Source: Alphaproteobacteria bacterium
Lineage (GTDB): Bacteria > Pseudomonadota > Alphaproteobacteria > SHVZ01
Assembly: GCA_041906305.1 (NCBI GenBank)
Contig: JAYRJL010000009.1
Coordinates: forward strand, 102,927 to 166,926
Length of the DNA stretch: 64,000 nucleotides
Direction: 5' to 3'
Shown: piece by piece, positions 57,947-64,000 of the stretch
How the letters are laid out: the number at the start of each line of letters is the position of its first letter
Position numbering within the stretch: the stretch's first letter is position 1
Translations under genes and position numbers: made by a program
Notes under the pieces: model-generated
Database searches by the model: none
The model's input: the letters and a program-made list of their open reading frames with translations, nothing else
What the model was told of the DNA's origin: nothing

Positions 57947-59176
57947 CTAGCGCTGGCGCAACACGGTCGGCGAGATCAGCGCGAGCGCCGCGGCGAGGCC
58001 GCCCACCGCACCGATCCACAGCGTCGTCGAAAAGCCGATGGCATCGGCGAGCGGCCCCGCGACCAGCGCGCCCAAGGGCATCGCCAGGCCCGTCGCGACA
58101 TGAAAGGTGGCGCTCGTGCGCCCCAGCACCTCTATCGGCAGCACGCGCTGGCGCAGGCTGAGTGCATGGATCAGGTAGATGCTGAGGAAGGCGTCGCCGA
58201 TCAGCTGGTGCGCGACGAGGCTCGGGATCGCGAGCGGGCCCGCGACCTCCGAAAGCGGGATCAGCAGCGCGGCGGCGCTGCCGAGAGTCAGCGTCGCGAG
58301 CAGGGTTGGACCGAGCCCGAACCGAGACGCCACGCGCTCCGCCATCAGCGCCCCGAGGAACGAGCCGATGCCGCCGACGCTGATGACCAGCCCCACCGCG
58401 AGCGGCGAGAGCGCGAGACGCTCGAGCGCCAGGATCATGTAGAGCGTATTGAAGAAGCCGCCGAACAGCATCATCAGCGTCTCGGCCGCGAGCAATCGCG
58501 CGACCACCGGCTCATGCAGGCAAGCGTGGAATCCCGCCTTCACGTCGGCAACGAGGCCGTTGCGCTCCTCCGTTGCCGCGGGTGCCTCGGCCGCACGAAT
58601 CCGGCTCAGCATCGACGCCGACCACAGGTAAGTGACCGCATCGACGATCACCGCGAAGGACGCCGTCATCGCCTGGACCAGGATGCCGGCGAGGCCCGGA
58701 CCGACGCTCTCGGCGATGGAGTCCGTCGCCTCGAGCTTGGCGTTGCCCTCGACCAGCTGGTCCTTGCCGACCAGAGTCGGCAGGTAGGCGTTGTCGGCGA
58801 TGCGGAACAGCGCGGTCGCCGCGCCGATGCAGGCCGCGACCAGGTAGAGCTGCGGCATGGAGAGGAAGCCGCTCCAAGCGGCGAACGGGATCGTCAGGAT
58901 GAGGGCGGCGCGCAGCAGGTCGGTCGCGACCAGCAGGGGCCGCTTAGGGCTTCGGTCGACCGGGCCGCCGGCAACGAGGCCGACGACCACGCCCGGCGCC
59001 ACGCCCAGCGCCGACAGGATCGCGATCTCGGTCGGCGTGGCGCCGATGGTCAGGATCGCGATCATCGGCAGTGCCGTGCGCGTGATCCGGCTGCCGAGCG
59101 CGCTCAACGACTGCGCCGCCCACAGCTTCAGAAAGTCGGCATGACGCCAGAGCCCGCCCGAGGGCCAAATCCGCAT
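57947..59176 (-). CDS. MFS transporter
   Basis: 409 aa with 12 predicted TM segments. MFS motif-A-like GSRITRTALPM. Typical MFS loop pattern. Confidence 0.8.
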   Translation of the reverse strand: MRIWPSGGLWRHADFLKLWAAQSLSALGSRITRTALPMIAILTIGATPTEIAILSALGVAPGVVVGLVAGGPVDRSPKRPLLVATDLLRAALILTIPFAAWSGFLSMPQLYLVAACIGAATALFRIADNAYLPTLVGKDQLVEGNAKLEATDSIAESVGPGLAGILVQAMTASFAVIVDAVTYLWSASMLSRIRAAEAPAATEERNGLVADVKAGFHACLHEPVVARLLAAETLMMLFGGFFNTLYMILALERLALSPLAVGLVISVGGIGSFLGALMAERVASRFGLGPTLLATLTLGSAAALLIPLSEVAGPLAIPSLVAHQLIGDAFLSIYLIHALSLRQRVLPIEVLGRTSATFHVATGLAMPLGALVAGPLADAIGFSTTLWIGAVGGLAAALALISPTVLRQR

Positions 59177-59232
59177 GATCGCCCCCGGAGATCGCGCGCG
59201 CTCAATCGCCGATCACGCGTCCCGATGCAAGC

Positions 59233-60156
59233 CTAGAAGGGCCGCGCCGGCGCCAGTTCCTTTTCCCTCGCGTCGAGGTCGGCGCGTCTCGGCAATCCCG
59301 CCTGCGCGCCGGCCGTGGTGCAGGCGAGCGCGCCCGCGACGGACGCGCGCCTGAGCGCCGTCGGCAGGTTGCGGCCCTCGTCGAGGCTGGCGGCAAGCAC
59401 GCCGACGAAGGCATCCCCGGCGCCGACCGTGTCGACGACCTTCACCTGCAGCGCGTCGATCCGGAACGCGCCGTCCATCGCCACGGCGAGCGCGCCCTCA
59501 GGACCGAGCGTGACGATCACCGTCCCGGCATAGCGCCGCACGATCGCGCTCGCGATCGCCGCCGGCGTGCGCTCGGCAAGTCCCAGGTGGCCCGCGAGCG
59601 CGACCGCCTCGTGCTCGTTGACGACGAGGATACCGGTATCGGCGATCAGACCGTGCGGCGGCGTCAGCGCCGGGGCCAGGTTGAGCATCACGCGTGCGCC
59701 CGACTTGCGCGCGCGCGCGGCGAGGCGCGCGGTCTCGGTCGGCGAGATCTCCATCTGCAGAACGACGGTGGTGGCCGGTCCGAGCCTGGCGTCGGGCACG
59801 TCGGCGGCGCGCGCTTCCAGGTTGGCGCCGCCGGCGCCCAGGATCAGGTTCTCGCCCCTGGCGTCGATCGCGATGAAGGCGGCCCCCGTCGGCTGCCCCG
59901 ATGCGGCGATGCCGGCGACGTCGATGCCCTCGGCGGCGAGGCCCTGCTTCAGCGACTGGCCGAAGGGATCGGATCCGATCCGCCCGACCATCGCGACCTT
60001 GGCCCCGGCGCGCGCTGCGGCGACCGCCTGGTTGGCGCCCTTGCCGCCGGCGGCGGTGCGATAGGTCGACGACAGGGCCGTCTCGCCCGGCTTCGGCAGC
60101 ACCGGCACGTTGACGAAGAAGTCGGCGTTGATCGATCCGAAGACGAGGACGGTCAT
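59233..60156 (-). CDS. rbsK: Ribokinase/PfkB family carbohydrate kinase
   Basis: MTVLVFGSINADFFVNVPVLPKPGET...GGKGANQAVAAA...DTVGAGDAFVGVLAASL (anion hole plus DTxGAGD) are ribokinase signatures. Confidence 0.85.
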   Translation of the reverse strand: MTVLVFGSINADFFVNVPVLPKPGETALSSTYRTAAGGKGANQAVAAARAGAKVAMVGRIGSDPFGQSLKQGLAAEGIDVAGIAASGQPTGAAFIAIDARGENLILGAGGANLEARAADVPDARLGPATTVVLQMEISPTETARLAARARKSGARVMLNLAPALTPPHGLIADTGILVVNEHEAVALAGHLGLAERTPAAIASAIVRRYAGTVIVTLGPEGALAVAMDGAFRIDALQVKVVDTVGAGDAFVGVLAASLDEGRNLPTALRRASVAGALACTTAGAQAGLPRRADLDAREKELAPARPF

Positions 60157-60181
60157 CTCGAACCTCGTGCCCCCTCTCGCG

Positions 60182-60340
60182 GCGAAGCCGGGGGAGGGTT
60201 GGGGTGGGGGCCGAGCGCAGCGAGGGGACGGGTGGTCTTATCTCAAACGCTTCCTCGCTGCGCTCGCCCCCACCCTACCCTCCCCCGCGTACGACGCGGG
60301 AGAGGGTTTCGATAAGAGCGACGACGCGGGAGCGGGCCTC
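60182..60340. repeat. Mosaic intergenic repeat: about 37-nt imperfect inverted-repeat arms around a 27-nt loop, followed by two tandem about 20-nt direct repeats
   Basis: Left arm ccgggggagggttggggtgggggccgagcgcagcgagg (60188-60225). Right arm cctcgctgcgctcgcccccaccctaccctcccccgcg (60253-60289), whose reverse complement equals the left arm with 2 indels. Then cgacgcgggagagggtttcg ... cgacgcgggagcgggcctcg. Confidence 0.6.
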
Positions 60341-60344
60341 GAAC

Positions 60345-61379
60345 CTACGCCGCCGCCGTCAGCGGCCCGGCGGGGAGCCGGCCTTCCTCGACCGCGTGAC
60401 AGGCGGTGATCGAGCCGGTGTCGTTCGGCTTCGGCTCCGGCCGCTCGGCCTTGCAGCGATCGTTGGCGAAAGGACAGCGCGGATGGAAGGCGCAGCCAGT
60501 CGGCGGGTTGATCGGGTTCGGCACCTCGCCCGCGACCGGCGTGCGCTGGCGGCCGGTCATGTCGAGGTCGGGAATCGTGTCCAGCAGCATCCGCGTATAG
60601 GGATGTCTCGGCAGCGCGAACACCGTCTGCTTCGGCCCGATCTCGGCGAGGCGGCCGAGATACATGACGCCGACGCGGTCGGCGATGTGGCGGACGACCG
60701 CGAGGTTGTGGCTGATGAAGAGGTAGGTCAGGCCCAGCTTTCGCTGCAGGTCCTTCATCAGGTTCAGGATCTGCGCCTGCACCGAGACGTCGAGCGCCGA
60801 GGTCGGCTCGTCGCAGACCAGGAATTCGGGCTGGCTGGAGAGCGCACGCGCGATCGAGATGCGCTGGCGCTGTCCGCCGGAGAATTCGTGCGGGTACTTC
60901 TCGCCGTCGACCGGGGAAAGCCCGACCTGGCGCAGCAGCTGGCCGACGCGCTCCTGGATCGCCGCCTCGTCGTCGATGAGCTTGAAGGCGCGGATCGGCT
61001 CGGAGATGATCGCAGACACGCGCCAGCGCGGATTGAGGCTGGCATACGGATCCTGGAAGATCATCTGCAGGCGCCGGCGGATTGGCGCCATCTCGGCGCG
61101 GCCGCCGAGGCCCGCCATGTCGACCCCGTCGAAGACGATCGAGCCCTTCGACGGCTTGTAGAGGCCGACGACGAGGCGCGCGACCGTCGACTTGCCGCAG
61201 CCGGACTCGCCGACCAGCGCCAGCGTCTCGCCCCTCTTGATCTCGAAGTCGATGCCGTCGACCGCACGCAGGATCTGGCGCGGCGTGCCGTCGAGCACGC
61301 GGTTGAGCCAGGGCAGCGACACGTCGAAGTACCGGGCGAGCCCGGCGACCTTCACCAGGGTGGGCTTCGTCTCAGGCAT
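60345..61379 (-). CDS. Oligopeptide/dipeptide ABC transporter ATP-binding protein (DppF/OppF-like)
   Basis: Walker A GESGCGKST, signature FSGGQRQRISIARAL, Walker [13 protein letters not shown] and a C-terminal oligopeptide-ATPase extension (GCAFHPRCP). Confidence 0.9.
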   Translation of the reverse strand: MPETKPTLVKVAGLARYFDVSLPWLNRVLDGTPRQILRAVDGIDFEIKRGETLALVGESGCGKSTVARLVVGLYKPSKGSIVFDGVDMAGLGGRAEMAPIRRRLQMIFQDPYASLNPRWRVSAIISEPIRAFKLIDDEAAIQERVGQLLRQVGLSPVDGEKYPHEFSGGQRQRISIARALSSQPEFLVCDEPTSALDVSVQAQILNLMKDLQRKLGLTYLFISHNLAVVRHIADRVGVMYLGRLAEIGPKQTVFALPRHPYTRMLLDTIPDLDMTGRQRTPVAGEVPNPINPPTGCAFHPRCPFANDRCKAERPEPKPNDTGSITACHAVEEGRLPAGPLTAAA

Positions 61380-62337
61380 TCGCGTAAAGCCAGCAGGAGG
61401 CGCGGGTGACGCCGGTGTCCATGAGCTCCGGCCGCTCGACCCGGCAGCGGTCGAAGGTATGCGGGCAGCGCGGGTTGAAGGCGCATCCCGGCGGGATCTC
61501 GGTCAGGCGCGGCATCGAGCCCTCGATCTGCTCGAGGCGCTCCTTGTCGTCGTTGATCTTGGGGATCGATCCCATCAGCCCGTGGCTGTAGGGATGCTTC
61601 GCTTCCTTGATCACGGCGCGCACCGGGCCGATCTCGGCGATGCGGCCGGCATACATCACGGCGACCCGGTCGGCGGTCTCGGCGATCACGCCCATGTCGT
61701 GGGTGATCAGCATGATCGCGGTGCCGTGCTCGCGGCAGAGCCGCTTGAGAAGCGCGATGATCTGCGCCTGGATCGAGACGTCGAGCGCGGTGGTCGGCTC
61801 GTCGGCGATCACCAGCTTCGGGTTGACGCAGAGCGCCAGCGCGATGACGACGCGCTGGCGCATGCCGCCCGAGAACTGGTGCGGGTAGTGGTCGACGCGG
61901 CGCTCGGCAGCGGGGATACCGACTTCCTGCAGCAGCTCGATCGCGCGCGCACGGGCTCGCGTCGGCGTCATGTCGGTATGCGTCTGGATGGTCTCGATCA
62001 GCTGGCGGCCGACCGAATAGAGCGGGTTGAGGCTGGTCAGCGGATCCTGGAACACCGCGCCGATCTGCTTGCCGCGGATCTTGCGCATCTCCTCGTAGGG
62101 AAGATTGTCGATGCGCCGGCCCATCAGACGGATCTCGCCGGCGGCGATACGCCCCGGCGGCTCGAGAAGACCGATCACCGCGGTGCCGGTCAGCGACTTG
62201 CCGGCGCCGGACTCGCCGACCACGCCCAGCACCTCGCCCTCGCCGATCTGGAACGAGACGTCGTCCACGGCGAGCAGCGTGCCGCGCCTGGTCGGGAACT
62301 CGATCCGGAGATGCTCGACTTCGAGAAGGGCGGCCAT
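61372..62337 (-). CDS. Oligopeptide/dipeptide ABC transporter ATP-binding protein (DppD/OppD-like)
   Basis: Walker A GESGAGKSLT, signature FSGGMRQRVVIALAL, Walker B LVIADEPTTALD and a C-terminal GCAFNPRCP. Confidence 0.9.
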   Translation of the reverse strand: MAALLEVEHLRIEFPTRRGTLLAVDDVSFQIGEGEVLGVVGESGAGKSLTGTAVIGLLEPPGRIAAGEIRLMGRRIDNLPYEEMRKIRGKQIGAVFQDPLTSLNPLYSVGRQLIETIQTHTDMTPTRARARAIELLQEVGIPAAERRVDHYPHQFSGGMRQRVVIALALCVNPKLVIADEPTTALDVSIQAQIIALLKRLCREHGTAIMLITHDMGVIAETADRVAVMYAGRIAEIGPVRAVIKEAKHPYSHGLMGSIPKINDDKERLEQIEGSMPRLTEIPPGCAFNPRCPHTFDRCRVERPELMDTGVTRASCWLYANA

Positions 62338-63269
62338 CAGCGGAGCTTCGGGTTGAGGGCGTCGCGCAGCCAGTCACCCAGGAGGTTGACCGACAGCACG
62401 AGGATGACGAGGAACAGGCCGGGGAAGATCGCCATCCACCACTCGCCCGAGAACAGGAAGTTGTTGCCGATGCGGATCAGCGTGCCGAGCGACGGCTGGG
62501 TCGGCGGCACGCCGACGCCGAGGAAGCTCAGCGTCGACTCCGTCAGCACCGCGATGCCGAGGCCGAGCGTCGCGATCACCAGCACCGGGCCCATCACGTT
62601 GGGCAGCACGTGGCGGAACATGATCAGGATCGGGTGCAGGCCGATGACGCGAGCGGCCTGGACGTATTCCTTGTTCTTCTCGACCAGGGTCAGGCCGCGC
62701 ACGGTGCGCGCGTACTGGATCCAGGTCGAGAAGCCGATCGCCATGACGATGACCGAGACCGCCGCCTTGTCATGCAGGTCGCGCGGCAGGATGCCGCGGG
62801 CGATGCCGTCGATCAGCAGCACGATCAGGATCGCGGGGAAGCTCAGCTTCACGTCGGCGACGCGCATGATCACCGCGTCGGTGACGCCGCCGACATAGCC
62901 TGCGATCAATCCGAGCGCCACGCCCATGGTCAGCGCGAGGGCGACCGAGGCAAAGCCCACGATCAGCGAGACGCGGGCGCCGAGGATGATGGTCGAGAAC
63001 ACGTCGCGCCCCTGGTCGTCGGTGCCGAGCAGATAGGAGATCTTGCCCCCCTCCACCCAGGCCGGCGGCAGGAAGGCGTCCATCAGGCTGAGGCTCGCCA
63101 CGTCGTAGGTGTTGTGCGGAACGATCAGCGGCGCCAGCACGGCGGCGACGATGAACAGCATGGTCAGCGCGAAGGCGATGATCACCGTCGGCGAGCGCTT
63201 GAAGCTGTAGAAGACGTCGGACGCCAGGAAGCGGCGGACGAGATCCTTGAGATTGTGCCAGATGGACAT
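62337..63269 (-). CDS. ABC transporter permease (DppC/OppC-like)
   Basis: LLGTDDQGRDVFSTIILGARVSL. EAA region AARVIGLHPILIMFRHVLPNVMGPV. Confidence 0.9.
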   Translation of the reverse strand: MSIWHNLKDLVRRFLASDVFYSFKRSPTVIIAFALTMLFIVAAVLAPLIVPHNTYDVASLSLMDAFLPPAWVEGGKISYLLGTDDQGRDVFSTIILGARVSLIVGFASVALALTMGVALGLIAGYVGGVTDAVIMRVADVKLSFPAILIVLLIDGIARGILPRDLHDKAAVSVIVMAIGFSTWIQYARTVRGLTLVEKNKEYVQAARVIGLHPILIMFRHVLPNVMGPVLVIATLGLGIAVLTESTLSFLGVGVPPTQPSLGTLIRIGNNFLFSGEWWMAIFPGLFLVILVLSVNLLGDWLRDALNPKLR

Positions 63270-63273
63270 GGGA

Positions 63274-64000
63274 TCAGTGCGCCGAGACCGACCGCTCGAC
63301 CCGTAGCCTCGGATCGACGGCGAAGTAGAGCAGGTCGACGACGAGGTTGATGAGCACGAAGAACAGCGCGACCAGCACCAGGTAGGTGCTCATCACCGGG
63401 ATGTCGACGAACTGGATCGCGGTGATGAACAGGAAGCCCATCCCCGGCCACTGGAACACCGTCTCGGTGATGATGGCGAAGGCGATGAGGCCGCCGATCT
63501 GCAGCCCGGCGATGGTGATGACCGGCACCAGCGTGTTCTTGAGCGCATGGCCGAAATTGACCGCGCGGTTGGTGAGGCCCCGCGCGCGCGCGAACTTGAT
63601 GTAGTCGGCACGCAGCACCTCGAGCATCTCCGAGCGCACCAGCCGCATGATCAGCGTCGTCTGGAACAGTCCCAGCGTGATCGACGGCAGGATGAGCGCC
63701 TTTAGGCCGCTCTTGGTGAGGAACCCGGTCGACCAGAATCCCAAATTGACCACGTCGCCGCGGCCGAACGACGGAAGCCAGCCCAGCAGCACGGCGAAGA
63801 TCAGGATCAGCAGGATGCCGATCAGGAAGGTCGGCAGCGACACGCCGATCAGCGACACCGTCAGCATGAAGCGGCTGAGCGCCCCGTGGCGATGGAGCCC
63901 GGTGTAGACGCCGGCGGGCACGCCGATGAACAGCGCGAACAGCGCGGCGACGATCACCAGCTCCAGCGTCGCCGGCAGGCGCTCGGCGATGATCTGGGCG
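63274..64000 (-). CDS. ABC transporter permease (DppB/OppB-like), 5'-partial (N-terminus lies beyond the window end)
   Basis: EAA region ARARGLTNRAVNFGHALKNTLVPV. The frame remains open to position 64000 (..AQIIAERLPATLEL-). Confidence 0.85.
   Translation of the reverse strand, partial: AQIIAERLPATLELVIVAALFALFIGVPAGVYTGLHRHGALSRFMLTVSLIGVSLPTFLIGILLILIFAVLLGWLPSFGRGDVVNLGFWSTGFLTKSGLKALILPSITLGLFQTTLIMRLVRSEMLEVLRADYIKFARARGLTNRAVNFGHALKNTLVPVITIAGLQIGGLIAFAIITETVFQWPGMGFLFITAIQFVDIPVMSTYLVLVALFFVLINLVVDLLYFAVDPRLRVERSVSAH

Overview
This 64 kb window is high-GC (about 67-68%) chromosomal DNA that looks alphaproteobacterial (Rhizobiales-like) and is densely packed with housekeeping genes. 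I can support five groups of features. (1) The left end (1-2947) is the right-hand end of a P4-type genomic island integrated at the 3' end of a tRNA-Val(TAC) gene. It carries a tyrosine integrase, a 210-aa unknown cargo protein, an AlpA regulator and a 3'-partial HTH/zinc-ribbon protein. (2) A long minus-strand housekeeping run holds hupB, lon, clpX, clpP, tig, tRNA-Leu, nnr, an alcohol dehydrogenase, two hypotheticals, ppx, ppk, a desuccinylase-family gene, an SDR, hdaA, an AI-2E transporter, a pgsA-like gene and a DUF2066 gene. (3) Plus-strand blocks hold purM-purN, a GT39/ArnT-like glycosyltransferase and PAP2 phosphatase translationally coupled to lptF-lptG-lptD-surA-pdxA-rsmA, then gmk-yicC, an ECF sigma/anti-sigma/periplasmic sensor module, hisI-metC and scattered metabolic genes. 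(4) A peptide/nickel-type ABC uptake system is split into an SBP-permease-permease block (52-55.7 kb, plus strand) and a permease-permease-ATPase-ATPase block (60.3-64 kb, minus strand). (5) Between these two halves lies a low-GC insertion carrying a candidate polymorphic toxin/immunity pair. Its C-terminal domain contains a W-H-H (HNH-like nuclease) motif, so I consider it the most interesting candidate for an undescribed system in the window. Two essential genes (purM and rsmA) have no canonical in-frame start codon. One small membrane ORF (40 aa) is missing from the ORF track. The sequence also contains several hairpins and one large mosaic palindromic repeat. Many long ORFs in the track are antisense or Arg-rich GC artefacts, and I rejected them.
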